Source: Abditibacteriaceae bacterium (GTDB taxonomy: Bacteria; Armatimonadota; Abditibacteriia; Abditibacteriales; Abditibacteriaceae). From it: a stretch of 64,000 bases of DNA. The translations under genes and the position numbers were made by a program. Under the pieces are notes generated by a model that did not search any database, was not told the origin of the DNA, and saw only the letters and a list, made by a program, of their open reading frames with translations. Positions 1-9,971 of this stretch are shown piece after piece. The number at the start of each line of letters is the position of its first letter. The stretch's first letter is position 1. Where the stretch lies: the NCBI GenBank assembly GCA_031425655.1, contig JANPJS010000066.1:1-64000 (forward strand), given 5' to 3'.

Positions 1-85
1 AAGTCGCCCTGCGGCGACTAAAAACTCAGAAAAGAGTCCACGAAGGTGGACTTTGCCGAGTTGTTGCCGCGAATTTATTCGCCGG
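1..85. repeat. Cluster of short palindromes (REP-like)
   Basis: Hairpins gtcgcc-ctgc-ggcgac, agtccac-gaag-gtggact and gcgaat-tt-attcgc in tandem. Confidence 0.5.
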
Positions 86-182
86 GCCATTCTGGGAAAC
101 ACCGAAAAATCCTCATGCGATTGCCCTGTATGGGACATGGCTTGCCGTGTCCCTGCCGACTGCGATTCGTAAACTGAAACCA

Positions 183-908
183 ATGAGTAACGCTGTTGAC
201 ACCGCCGCACCTAAACCGGCCCGAAAAAGAAGCGATAAAGAATTTCAAGTCTCGCACGGCTTCGTTTATCGCCTGACTTTCGGCTCTTACGGGCTGCTTT
301 TCAAGCTCGGCGGCTTGAAAGTGCATGGGCAGGAAAACGTGCCGATGGAAGGGCCGGTTATCATTGCGCCCAATCACGCATCGCTTTTCGATCCGCCTCT
401 TGTTGGTTGCACTATGCCGCGCCCGGTGACCACGATGGGCAAAATCGAGCTTTTCGAGAAGAAAACTTGCGGCGTAAAGCTGCTCGGCTGGATTATTCAG
501 CGCATGGGCACCTTTCCCGTGAAGCGCGGCCAGCCCGACCGCCGCGCGCTGCGCATGGCGATGCGCGTTTTGAAAAACGGCGATGCTTTAGTGCTGTTTC
601 CCGAAGGCACGCGCACGCGCACCGGCGAGTTTGGGCCGCCCGAACACGGCATCGCGCTCATCGCGCATTCGACTAAAGCGCCGGTGGTGCCGATGTATCT
701 CAAGGGCACCGAAGCCGGTTTTTCGCCGTTGCAGCCAAAGTTTCGCTTGATTCATCCCGAAGTCTTTTTCGGCGAGCCGCTGCGCTTTGAAGAAGAATAC
801 GCCCGCAAAGGCGACCGCGCCACGCTCGAAGCCATCGGCAGCCGGATCATGGCCGAAATCGCACGACTCAAGGCAAGTGCGGAGTGCGGAGTGCGGAGTG
901 CGGAATAA
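183..908 (+). CDS. plsC: 1-acyl-sn-glycerol-3-phosphate acyltransferase
   Basis: NHASLFD (HX4D) and FPEGTR motifs; ATG 183 chosen as start. Confidence 0.9.
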   Translation: MSNAVDTAAPKPARKRSDKEFQVSHGFVYRLTFGSYGLLFKLGGLKVHGQENVPMEGPVIIAPNHASLFDPPLVGCTMPRPVTTMGKIELFEKKTCGVKLLGWIIQRMGTFPVKRGQPDRRALRMAMRVLKNGDALVLFPEGTRTRTGEFGPPEHGIALIAHSTKAPVVPMYLKGTEAGFSPLQPKFRLIHPEVFFGEPLRFEEEYARKGDRATLEAIGSRIMAEIARLKASAECGVRSAE

Positions 909-933
909 AACTTCGCACTTCGCACTTCGCACT
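876..933. repeat. Inverted heptamer tandem repeat
   Basis: (agtgcgg)n followed by complementary (ttcgcac)n, overlapping the plsC stop. Confidence 0.8.
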
Positions 934-1050
934 CGAATGGCCTGAACCTGCCGGCCTGTGAGCCGTCTGCCGCAAGACTCATTTGCCGATGTCTGTAAAC
1001 TATGGTGTTCTACGCGCTTTAAAAGCCGTATCGAAAAGGAGACGTTCTTC

Positions 1051-1998
1051 GTGAAAGTAATTAAATGTTCCCGGTGGCTGTGTGCCGCCTTGCCGCTCGG
1101 TTTGGTCTTGAATGGCGCTGTTTTGCCGGTGTCTGCCGACGAGCCTGCCGAGCCGGATCGCACAACCCTACCCGATGTGCCCGCAGCCGATCAAGTGTTT
1201 CCGCAGGGCATCCTTTTTCCCTATTATTGGTTCGACCGCGTGCTTGCAGACAAAGTGGATAAAGACGGCCATGTCAATTATGTGGCGATGCAAAACGATA
1301 AAGACGGCAAGCGCGCTCTGCGTTATTTCATGCAGGCCGTAGCGACTGCCGATGTCAGCCGTTTTCCGGTTTTGCCGACGAAAACAACCACCAAAGATAA
1401 GTTGGGCCGCGAGGTTGAGACCCTTACGGAAGACAAGGCGCCGGAGCTTGTTTTTTGGATCAACGCCTACAACGCCCACGTTTTGAACGCGATTTTGGCG
1501 GCTTATCCCATCGGCTCGCCCGACGATATTAAAGACTTCGACACGGTCAAAACGCGGCGCGTGGCCGGCAAGGATTATTCGCTCGCCGAACTCCGCAAAA
1601 AGATCGTGACCGCCGATCCGCGCGCGTTTTTCGCGCTCTCCGACGGCACATTGGGCGGCCCGATTCTGCGCAACGAGGCCTATCGCTACACCGACATCAA
1701 CGATTCGCTCAATCGCGCGGTGCAATACTACATCAGCAATCCGCAGCAAGTGCAATTGCTCCAATTGGAAAAGAAAACCACGGTTAACCCACTGTTGCAG
1801 GAAGCCGACGAGCTTTTCCTGCCCAAAGGCGCCCGCAACAAATGGGACGGCATCCGCAAGCTCCTGACGACTTATTCCGTCGTCGGCTCGGAGCAGCGTT
1901 TTTACATTACCAACCCGAACATTGAGATCAAATTCGCGCGCCCCATCCGCGCGGTCAATAAAGACCCGAACGCCAGTCCGGTTTCCGCGCCGCAATAA
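1051..1998 (+). CDS. Secreted DUF547-domain protein
   Basis: Signal peptide; GHVNY and FWINAYNAHVL motifs; GTG start after AAGGAG. Confidence 0.75.
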   Translation: MKVIKCSRWLCAALPLGLVLNGAVLPVSADEPAEPDRTTLPDVPAADQVFPQGILFPYYWFDRVLADKVDKDGHVNYVAMQNDKDGKRALRYFMQAVATADVSRFPVLPTKTTTKDKLGREVETLTEDKAPELVFWINAYNAHVLNAILAAYPIGSPDDIKDFDTVKTRRVAGKDYSLAELRKKIVTADPRAFFALSDGTLGGPILRNEAYRYTDINDSLNRAVQYYISNPQQVQLLQLEKKTTVNPLLQEADELFLPKGARNKWDGIRKLLTTYSVVGSEQRFYITNPNIEIKFARPIRAVNKDPNASPVSAPQ

Positions 1999-2121
1999 AA
2001 ACGCGGTTCGTAACACAATCGCAAAAATAGCACGCCAAACTGTGGCGTGCTATTTTTGTGTGTAACGGGGTCGCCGTTGGCGCACATCGCATCTGGCACT
2101 CATTTACTTTCAAGGAAAACC

Positions 2122-3582
2122 ATGACTTCTCATCACGCGCCGCGCCGCGCGAAAATCATCTGCACCATCGGGCCGGCTTCGCGTTCGCCGGAAATGATGC
2201 GCGCCCTGCTGCTCAACGGCATGGACGTGGCGCGCTTCAATTTTTCGCACGGCGGGCCGAATTTGCAGGCCGAACACGTTGCTTTGCTGCGTCAAGTCAG
2301 CGCCGAAATTGGGCGGCCCGTGGCGATTTTGCAAGATTTGCAAGGCCCGAAAATCCGCGTCGGAGTGCTGGCCGGAGGCTCGATTACGCTCGTCGCCGGC
2401 CAGACTTTCACGCTGACCAACCGCAACGTGCCCGGCGACGAACATTGCGCTTCGACGGTTTATCAGGCCCTGCCGCGCGATTGTCGGCGCGGCGATAGGA
2501 TTTTGCTCGACGACGGCTTGATGTCGCTGCAAGTCGAGGACGAGAACGAAACCGATGTCATTTGCACGGTTCTCATCGGCGGCGTGCTGAAGTCGAATAA
2601 AGGCATCAATTTGCCGGGCGTCAATGTCTCGGCGCCCGCGCTTTCGGAAAAAGACCGCCACGATGTCGCGTGGGGCATCGCCAACAATCTCGATTACGTG
2701 GCGCTGTCCTTCGTGCGCCAGGCCGCCGACGTGCGCGAATTGCGCGAAATTCTGCGCGCCGGCGGCTCGAAGATGCAAATCATCGCCAAGCTCGAAAAGC
2801 CCGAAGCGATTGCCGATTTAGACGCGATTATTGCCGAATCCGATGGCGTAATGGTGGCGCGCGGCGATTTGGGCGTGGAAATGTCGTCGGAAGAAGTGCC
2901 GCTTTTGCAAAAGCACATCATCAACGCGGCCAACGCGGCGGGCAAAACCGTAATCACTGCCACGCAAATGCTGGAAAGCATGACCACTAATCCGCGTCCG
3001 ACGCGCGCCGAAGCCAGCGACGTAGCCAACGCGGTTTTAGACGGCACCGCGGCGCTGATGCTGTCGGGCGAAACCGCAGCCGGCGCGTATCCGCTCGAAT
3101 CGGTGCAAATGATGGCGCGCATCGTGGAAAAAGTCGAGGCGAGTTGCGAAGACGAATGGCACGAAATGCGGAATCTGGCGCGCTTGCTGAAAATCAGCCC
3201 GCACGATTTTCAGTTCGCCGTCTGCGAAGCCGCCGCGCACGCCGCCGCGCGCCTCAAAGCCAAAGCCATCGCGTGCTTTACCGAAAGCGGCAACAGCGCG
3301 CGACTGGTGGCCAAATTTCGCCCGCCCGTCCCGATTATCGCGCTCACTCCGCACGACGACGTGATTCGCCAACTGCAACTGGTGTGGGGCGTGCGTCCCG
3401 TGAAAATCGAGCGCAGCACCGACACCGACCAAATGATCGTGCATGGCGACCACGCTTTAGTTCAATCGGGCATCGTGTCGCCGGGCGACATCGTCGTCGT
3501 GACTCTGGGCGCGCCTGTCACGCAATTCGGCTCGACTAACGCCATGAAACTGCATCGCGTCGGCGAAGCGGACATTGCCTAA
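2122..3582 (+). CDS. pyk: Pyruvate kinase
   Basis: KIICTIGPAS, ARFNFSHG, DLQGPKIR, MVARGDLGVE, TATQMLESM. Confidence 0.97.
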   Translation: MTSHHAPRRAKIICTIGPASRSPEMMRALLLNGMDVARFNFSHGGPNLQAEHVALLRQVSAEIGRPVAILQDLQGPKIRVGVLAGGSITLVAGQTFTLTNRNVPGDEHCASTVYQALPRDCRRGDRILLDDGLMSLQVEDENETDVICTVLIGGVLKSNKGINLPGVNVSAPALSEKDRHDVAWGIANNLDYVALSFVRQAADVRELREILRAGGSKMQIIAKLEKPEAIADLDAIIAESDGVMVARGDLGVEMSSEEVPLLQKHIINAANAAGKTVITATQMLESMTTNPRPTRAEASDVANAVLDGTAALMLSGETAAGAYPLESVQMMARIVEKVEASCEDEWHEMRNLARLLKISPHDFQFAVCEAAAHAAARLKAKAIACFTESGNSARLVAKFRPPVPIIALTPHDDVIRQLQLVWGVRPVKIERSTDTDQMIVHGDHALVQSGIVSPGDIVVVTLGAPVTQFGSTNAMKLHRVGEADIA

Positions 3583-3672
3583 ATGCAAAATGTAAAGATA
3601 AATGCAAAATGCAAAAACGCCATGAAACGAGACGTTTTTGCATTTTGCATTTTTAATTTTGCATTTATCTTT
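3581..3672. repeat. AT-rich palindromic repeat, (aaaatgc)n family, copy 1
   Basis: Arms atgcaaaa/ttttgcat around core cgccatgaaacgagacg; near-identical core at 8382-8460. Confidence 0.8.
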
Positions 3673-4681
3673 GCACGCGCCCGGAAGCGTCGCCGCCGGC
3701 CAGAGTTTCGACTTCGGCGACGGTCACGCGATTATAATCGCCGGGAATAGTGTGTTTGAGCGCGGAAGCAGCGACCGCCCATTCCAGCGAGGCTTGCGGC
3801 GTCATGCCTTTCAGCGAGCCATAAATCAGGCCGGCGCCGAAGCTGTCGCCGCCGCCGACACGGTCTACAATCGTGATGTCGTAGCGATTAGAGAAAAACG
3901 CCTCGCCGTCTTGAAAAAGCATTGCGCTCCAACCGTTGCGGCTGGCGCTGATGGATTCGCGCAGCGTGATCGCCACTTGTTTGAAGCCGAAACGCTGGGT
4001 CAACTGCTGCGCGACATCCACATAAACATCGTGTTCAATCACGCCGCTTTCGACGTGCGCGCCCTTGATGCAGAAAACCGATTCGGCGTCTTCTTCGTTG
4101 GCGATGCACACGTCCACGAATTGCATTAAATCGCCCATCACCTGCCCGGCCTTTTCACGGCTCCACAGCTTTTTGCGGTAGTTGAGGTCGGTGCTAATCG
4201 TCAATCCGGCGCTTTTGGCGGCTTGGCAGGCCTCGCGCACCGTCGCGGCGGCGCTGTCCGAAAGCGCGGGCGTAATGCCCGTCCAGTGAAACCAGCGGGC
4301 GCCCTCAAAAACCTTCGGCCAATCAACCATTCCGGGCGCGATTTCGCTTATCGCCGAATGCGCGCGGTCGTAAGTCACTTTCGAGGCGCGCTGGCTGGCG
4401 CCGCTTTCCAAAAAGTAAATGCCCATGCGCTCGCCTCCGCGCGCGATGAAATCGGTGTTCACGCCCAGCCCGCGTAATTCAGCGATGGCGCGTTCGGCAA
4501 TGTCGTTCTTCGGCAATCGCGTGACAAACGCGGCATCCACACCAAAATTCGCAAGGGAAACCGCGACGTTGGCCTCGCCGCCGCCGTAAGTCAGTTCCAA
4601 ATGTGTCGCCTGCGAATAACGCGTGAATCCCGGCGTCGCCAAACGCAGCATGATTTCGCCAAAAGTAATGACCTGAGACAT
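3665..4681 (-). CDS. kdgK: 2-dehydro-3-deoxygluconokinase (PfkB family)
   Basis: TFGEIMLRL, GGGEANVA, DRVGGGDSF; adjacent to eda. Confidence 0.9.
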   Translation of the reverse strand: MSQVITFGEIMLRLATPGFTRYSQATHLELTYGGGEANVAVSLANFGVDAAFVTRLPKNDIAERAIAELRGLGVNTDFIARGGERMGIYFLESGASQRASKVTYDRAHSAISEIAPGMVDWPKVFEGARWFHWTGITPALSDSAAATVREACQAAKSAGLTISTDLNYRKKLWSREKAGQVMGDLMQFVDVCIANEEDAESVFCIKGAHVESGVIEHDVYVDVAQQLTQRFGFKQVAITLRESISASRNGWSAMLFQDGEAFFSNRYDITIVDRVGGGDSFGAGLIYGSLKGMTPQASLEWAVAASALKHTIPGDYNRVTVAEVETLAGGDASGRVQR

Positions 4682-4694
4682 GAATTTCCTTTTT

Positions 4695-4837
4695 ATTAAC
4701 CACGGATGGACACAGATGGACACTGATATTTGAGATTTTGGGTTGGTAATCCAAGCCGCGACTTAATAACGCATCAAATCACAGAATCTCAAACATCTGT
4801 ATTTATCCGTGTTTATCCGTGTCCATCCGTGGTTAAT
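4695..4837. repeat. Palindromic element with (gatggacac)n arms, copy 1
   Basis: aaccacggatggacac...gtgtccatccgtggtt; same family at 31937-32053. Confidence 0.8.
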
Positions 4838-4838
4838 T

Positions 4839-5513
4839 TTATTCTTCGCGCGCGGCGCGCACGGCGGCGACGAGTTCTTTGGCGCGCTGCGTGATGAGGT
4901 TCCAATCGCCGGCTTTGATGGCGGCGCGATCTACCAATTTGCCGCCTACGCCCAGCGCCACGGCGCCGGCTTTGATCCATTCTGCGGCGTTTTGCGCGTC
5001 CACGCCGCCGGTCGGCAAAAGAGGAATGTGCGGCAGCGGTGCCCGCACGTCTTTGATGTAGCTCGACCCCATGCGCGTGGCTGGAAAAACTTTGATGATG
5101 TCGCCGCCCATTTGGTAAGCGTTGAAAATCTCCGTGGGCGTGAGCGCGCCGGGCAACATAGCCACGCCGCATTCGCGCGCAACCGCAATGACTTCAGGAA
5201 TCACGCACGGGCTGATGAGATATTGCGCGCCGGCTTCGATGGCCTGATGCGCCTGCTCTGCCGAAGTGACGGTTCCGGCTCCGAGCAAAAGCTCGCCGTC
5301 GGGCGCTTCCAGGTTGCCCTTTGCGTTTTCCTGCGCCACACGCGCGATAACACGCGCCGCGTCCGGGACAGTGAACGTGATTTCGATGGCGCGCACGCCG
5401 CCAAGCAACAACGCGCGGGTGGCGCCCAGCGCCTCGTCTGCGGAATCCACGCGCACCACGGCCACGACGCCGCCTTCACGAATCGCTTGTAACACCTTTG
5501 CTTTTTCTAACAT
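4839..5513 (-). CDS. eda: KDPG/KHG aldolase
   Basis: AIEITF, GAGTV, PGALTPTE, IKVFPA, PTGGV. Confidence 0.93.
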   Translation of the reverse strand: MLEKAKVLQAIREGGVVAVVRVDSADEALGATRALLLGGVRAIEITFTVPDAARVIARVAQENAKGNLEAPDGELLLGAGTVTSAEQAHQAIEAGAQYLISPCVIPEVIAVARECGVAMLPGALTPTEIFNAYQMGGDIIKVFPATRMGSSYIKDVRAPLPHIPLLPTGGVDAQNAAEWIKAGAVALGVGGKLVDRAAIKAGDWNLITQRAKELVAAVRAAREE

Positions 5514-5593
5514 GATTTATCCTGAAACCAAAGATATAAGTGAACAGCTCACAGCGATTTTAGCGCAAACCAACGCCAAACGTAGCCATATAA

Positions 5594-5739
5594 GGAACAG
5601 TTGGCTCCGAAGGCGGTCAAAAGCCTCGTTTAAGCAGGGTCTTAAGCCTAAATCCCGCTGATCTGACCAGCGCAGACGTGTTTCAACTCTGAAAGTGATG
5701 GTTATACTGACAGTTGGCTTTCGTAAGGCCATCTGTTCC
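5594..5739. ncRNA. Putative 6S-like rod-shaped RNA
   Basis: Nested pairings GGAACAG/CTGTTCC, TGGCT/GGCCA, CGAAGGC/GCTTTCG, GTCA/TGAC, a central bubble, CAGGGT/ACTCTG and apical CGCTG/CAGCG; folded by eye, strand unresolved. Confidence 0.4.
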
Positions 5740-5868
5740 ACACAAGTTGTCTATTGTAGATGCAAAGTCGCGGAGAGCGCCGTGCGGCAGCTAATTCTCG
5801 CGCAACGAGAATTGGCTATTTTAATCGCACCAAATTTTAAAATTCAAGGCTTTTTAGGAAAAATAATC

Positions 5869-6663
5869 ATGTCAGCTCAAAAACAATGTCCCAAATGCGG
5901 TGAAAAAAACCCGGCGGAAGCTGTTATGTGCTGGGCTTGCTACACCTCGCTGACGGGCGGCGTAACGGCGGCAGGCGGCCTTGCCGCGCCGGGCGCTGCT
6001 CCCCTTGCCATGGCGGACAGCGGCGAGAAAAAGAAAATCGAGCCGAAGCAATTAGCGATTATCGGAGTCGGCTTGGTGGTGTTGCTGGGCGTCGGCGCCA
6101 CAGTGATGATGGGCGGGGGTGAGACGGAGCCAGATGATGTGGCATTTACGTCCGGCGCGGCAAAAAGCACGAATCCAAACCCGGCTCCCGCCGCGACTAC
6201 GCCTCCGCCTGTCGCTTCGACTGTGGTGGCCGGAGGCCCGGCGCCCGGCGCACCGGCAGTGGCGCAAGTTCCGCAGCGTTTCCCGTATCAAATGCTGGGT
6301 TCGCCCAATCCCAATGCTTCGACGGCAACGGTTGCCATCGTGCCTACGGAAAACGATCTCACGGAAGGGCAAGCCAGAGGCTTGGCGACTTTCGCGCATC
6401 GCCAGATTAGTCGAGCCAAAAAGTGGCCGGCGGTTGAAATTTTCGTCTTCAACGATGTTCCTTCAGCGCAAGCCTTTGCCACTTACCAGAACAAAAATCT
6501 TCGCACCCGGAGCATGAGCGATGGCGACTACACCAATCCTCAACTCGCGGCTTTGTGGCCTAAGGCCATTGTGCGCTACTATAGTCGCAACGAACGAGTC
6601 TGGGTCACCTCGCCGCGCGGCAGTTCAGGAAACTTCTGGAAAAGCGGCGCCGCATCAAGCTGA
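5869..6663 (+). CDS. Zinc-ribbon, single-pass membrane protein
   Basis: CPKC...CWAC at N-terminus, one TM segment, Pro/Ala linker. Confidence 0.7.
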   Translation: MSAQKQCPKCGEKNPAEAVMCWACYTSLTGGVTAAGGLAAPGAAPLAMADSGEKKKIEPKQLAIIGVGLVVLLGVGATVMMGGGETEPDDVAFTSGAAKSTNPNPAPAATTPPPVASTVVAGGPAPGAPAVAQVPQRFPYQMLGSPNPNASTATVAIVPTENDLTEGQARGLATFAHRQISRAKKWPAVEIFVFNDVPSAQAFATYQNKNLRTRSMSDGDYTNPQLAALWPKAIVRYYSRNERVWVTSPRGSSGNFWKSGAASS

Positions 6664-6678
6664 TAGCACCCGCAAAAC

Positions 6679-6710
6679 AAAAACGTCCGGCTTTTGAGCC
6701 GGACGTTTTT
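6679..6710. terminator. Bidirectional intrinsic terminator
   Basis: aaaacgtccggct-tttg-agccggacgtttt between convergent genes. Confidence 0.75.
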
Positions 6711-6738
6711 CGTTTATGGAAGTAAGATGCCTTAAAAC

Positions 6739-7434
6739 TTACGGGTTGAAATTCGGTTTGGTAAGATCGCCGTCTCTGACCTTGAGCCATTTAACGTGGC
6801 CGTCCATATAAGCGTAGTTAATTCCATCCAAATGCCGCGCCGCACCGTAGACGTTCACATCGAACAACGGGCTGCTGCCGGAATACCATCCGCAATCGAA
6901 AGCCAATGCCGTTGTCGTCGGTTGAGTAGCATCGGACATATGAAAGGCAGGAGTAAAGGTGCCGATCACGTTGATGTTTACTCCATAGCCTCCCTCGGAA
7001 GCAGAACGCCACGGCGGCGCCGGTGCGCGCCAAAAATAGTCCTTGCCATCGCCCATGGCCGCAGTGGCCGGTGTGCGCGAACCCGAAGGACAAACGAAGA
7101 CTTGAGGGTTTTTGACGTAAGGCATTGCTAACGTCATAAATGTCGCGCCCGCGCCCGGCGTCGAAGCCGTAAGCGGTTGAGGCGGCATATAGTATTCATC
7201 GTAATCTTGCAGATATTGATAAATTCCAAGCCCTATTTGCTTCAAGTTGTTGGCGCACGACGATTTGCGGGCGTTTTCGCGCGCCCTTGAAAAAACCGGA
7301 AAAAGAATGGCCGCGAGCAATGCGATTATCGCAATGACGACCAAGAGTTCGATGAGAGTAAAACCGCTCCGGCGTTGCGTCCGGCCTCCGAAGTTGCCGT
7401 TGCGCGGGATAAAGCGAGAATGTTGAAAAATCAT
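6739..7434 (-). CDS. Prepilin-type N-terminal cleavage/methylation protein (DUF1559, H-X9-DG)
   Basis: [52 protein letters not shown]. Confidence 0.92.
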   Translation of the reverse strand: MIFQHSRFIPRNGNFGGRTQRRSGFTLIELLVVIAIIALLAAILFPVFSRARENARKSSCANNLKQIGLGIYQYLQDYDEYYMPPQPLTASTPGAGATFMTLAMPYVKNPQVFVCPSGSRTPATAAMGDGKDYFWRAPAPPWRSASEGGYGVNINVIGTFTPAFHMSDATQPTTTALAFDCGWYSGSSPLFDVNVYGAARHLDGINYAYMDGHVKWLKVRDGDLTKPNFNP

Positions 7435-7523
7435 AGCAAAAGACCTCTATTCAGACAGTCTCAATCATTATAACCGTTCGGAGCCAAACCCAAACCCAAA
7501 ATCAGAGTCATTATAATTTTCAT

Positions 7524-8381
7524 TTAATTGCGCACGCATTCCAACGCTCCTCGCCGCAAACATTCGTCCATCCAGCGCCGATGCGGGCCGTGTCCGGCGC
7601 GCACGGCGATGACATGAGCCTGTAAAATGCCGCCATCGCTTCCAAACAGCAGCGCCAAGTCGCCGATCACATCCAAAGCTTTATGGCGCGCCAATTCGTT
7701 GGCGAAGCGAAACTCCGACGACGGCCCGTTTTGGCTCAGCACGACGGCGTTATCGGTCGAACCGCCGCGAATTAAGCCTTGAGCGCGCAAAGGCTCCAAC
7801 CAGCTTTCGAGAGTAAAGGTGCGAGCCGGCGCCAACTCATGCGCAAAGCTTTCATCTGTGATTTCAAAATCGCAGGTTTGACGCTCGCCGCACGGCACAG
7901 CGTATTCGACGGCGCAAGTCAGGCGAAAGCTCGGATGCGGCACGCCCAACACGGCCACCTCGCCATCGCCAATCCACACGGCTTCGCGCAAACGATAAAG
8001 CGGACGCGGCCCGACGCCATGCAACTTCTGTGTGCCGGCCTCGCGCAGCAATCGCACCCACGGCTCGGCGCTGCCATCTAAAATCGGCACTTCCGGCCCA
8101 TCAAGTTCAATTCGGCACGCCGTTACGCCCAGCACCCACAAACTCGCCAGCAAATGCTCGGTCGTGGATACGCCGGCTTCTCCAACGGCTAAAGTGGTAG
8201 CGTGCGTCGTCGTCGTGACGTGCGCCACGTCGGCGGGAATGAGCGGCTGAGTGGGTAAATCTACGCGCGCGAAGAAGATGCCGACCTGCGGCGCCGGACA
8301 CAAGCGCACGGTTACGCGCTCGCCGCTATGCAGGCCAACGCCTTGAAGTTGAATTTCGCGCTGAAGCGTGCGATGTTCCAT
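7524..8381 (-). CDS. lpxC: UDP-3-O-acyl-N-acetylglucosamine deacetylase
   Basis: GVGLHSG, TTEHLLA, EVPILDGSA, ARTF, HKALDVIGDL. Confidence 0.95.
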   Translation of the reverse strand: MEHRTLQREIQLQGVGLHSGERVTVRLCPAPQVGIFFARVDLPTQPLIPADVAHVTTTTHATTLAVGEAGVSTTEHLLASLWVLGVTACRIELDGPEVPILDGSAEPWVRLLREAGTQKLHGVGPRPLYRLREAVWIGDGEVAVLGVPHPSFRLTCAVEYAVPCGERQTCDFEITDESFAHELAPARTFTLESWLEPLRAQGLIRGGSTDNAVVLSQNGPSSEFRFANELARHKALDVIGDLALLFGSDGGILQAHVIAVRAGHGPHRRWMDECLRRGALECVRN

Positions 8382-8460
8382 AAAAATGCAAAATTAAAAA
8401 TGCAAAATGCAAAAACGCCATGGAACGAGACGTTTTTGCATTTTACATTTTTAATTTTGC
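8382..8460. repeat. AT-rich palindromic repeat, (aaaatgc)n family, copy 2
   Basis: Core cgccatggaacgagacg nearly identical to that in 3581-3672. Confidence 0.8.
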
Positions 8461-8469
8461 CTTGAGAAG

Positions 8470-9882
8470 TTAGCCGCGAATGTGAATCAGCATCGAACTT
8501 TTGACCGGCGCTTTTTTGCCGGCGCGGTCGGTGACGGTCACTTCTACGCGATAATCCTGCTCTTCGTTGGGATATTCAAACTTGGCCACCAAACCACGCG
8601 CATGGAAGTGCGGGCCTTCGGGAATGTCAGTCACAGCGCCTTCGCCGATTGGAGGCGCTTCCGGCCCGCCAAAACCGGGGCTGCTCGTTCTGCCACCCGG
8701 ACTGCTGGTTCTGCCACCCGGACTGCTCGTCCTGCCGCCAGGAGTGCCGGTCTGCACCGGAAATCCTTCCGGCCCGGCGGGAAAGCCTTCGCCACCAAGC
8801 GGGACTGCCGGGGCCGGCGACAATTCGGGGTTGACGTTATCCGCGTCGAAGTTCCATTCAATGAGAGGATCGGCGGTTCCGGCTTCGACATCGGCCACCA
8901 GAGTGACTAAACCGGGCTTCAAGTTGAGTTCGGCCACTTGCGCGCCGCGCTGATCGGAAGGACGACGAATCGAGACTTCCATTTGCCCGGTTTCGACCAC
9001 GAGCGCCGCTTGCGCCAAGAAAAACGTGTCTTCCTTGTCGCTGGTGACCACCAAACGATGCGCGGCGCCCTGCGCGTTGGGCGTGGCGCGCAAATCCTTG
9101 ACGGGCACTAAAAACAAGCGCCAGCCATCGTCATCGGGCTTGATTTTTTCCAAATCGGCGGGAATGTCCAGAGCGCCGGACATCACGCCGCGTTCGAGCA
9201 CGAAGTTCAGCAGCAAACGGCGAACTTTAGTTTCCTGCGGCACCGGGCCAAGAGGCACAAGCAAGCCGCCGCCTTCAGCGCCGGGAAATCCGCCTTCAGG
9301 AAAACCGCCGGGGAAACCGCCGGGCACACTGCCGGGCGAACTGAAGCCGCCGGGACTGCCCATCGGCCTACTGCCGCTACCCATCGAACCGGGACTGCCG
9401 GCGGGCGGCCTTTTTTGAAAATTCACGCGCGGCGGCAACAGTTTCGGGGCCGCGAAAGTGCCGGGCGCACCAAAACCTTCTCCGCCACCTTCGCCGCCGG
9501 GGAAACCACCGGGAAAGCCACCCGGAAAAGCTCCCGGCCCGGCCACCGCCGCCGCGTCACGGAAGCGTAGGCGCAAGCGGATAAAGCCTTCTTTCTTATA
9601 AGCCGACAAATCCACGGGCGGAGTCATTTCAAACAGCACGCCTTCGTTGAAATTGCGCGTGGTCATTTGCAGCACGTCGTCGCCATTGTAGGTAATGGCG
9701 CGCGACAATTTCGTCACGCCGTTGCCCCACGCGGTGGCTTGCCCGACCGACAATTGCCCGCCGCTGTCCCATAAATAGGTCGTCGGAGCATCAGCGGCCC
9801 AAAGCGGAAGGCTCAAAGCCAGCGGCGTCAGCGCCAGCAGTCCGGGAACTGCCCATTGTTTACGGTTTTCTCTCAAATTCAT
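8470..9882 (-). CDS. Secreted Gly/Pro-rich hypothetical protein
   Basis: Signal peptide; GGFP repeats; three GGRTSSP repeats; beta-rich C-terminus. Confidence 0.7.
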   Translation of the reverse strand: MNLRENRKQWAVPGLLALTPLALSLPLWAADAPTTYLWDSGGQLSVGQATAWGNGVTKLSRAITYNGDDVLQMTTRNFNEGVLFEMTPPVDLSAYKKEGFIRLRLRFRDAAAVAGPGAFPGGFPGGFPGGEGGGEGFGAPGTFAAPKLLPPRVNFQKRPPAGSPGSMGSGSRPMGSPGGFSSPGSVPGGFPGGFPEGGFPGAEGGGLLVPLGPVPQETKVRRLLLNFVLERGVMSGALDIPADLEKIKPDDDGWRLFLVPVKDLRATPNAQGAAHRLVVTSDKEDTFFLAQAALVVETGQMEVSIRRPSDQRGAQVAELNLKPGLVTLVADVEAGTADPLIEWNFDADNVNPELSPAPAVPLGGEGFPAGPEGFPVQTGTPGGRTSSPGGRTSSPGGRTSSPGFGGPEAPPIGEGAVTDIPEGPHFHARGLVAKFEYPNEEQDYRVEVTVTDRAGKKAPVKSSMLIHIRG

Positions 9883-9971
9883 CGTCACCACTCCCTCAAA
9901 TTGCAGAAGCACTGATTTGGACACCGCGCACGACTCAGCGATGCTGCGGTCACAAATATAATGCGCAAGCC

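Noticed and set aside
8680..8745. CRISPR-like or regulatory tandem repeat
   Set aside because: 21-nt in-frame coding repeats (GGRTSSP) without spacers; no CRISPR array or cas gene seen anywhere in the window.
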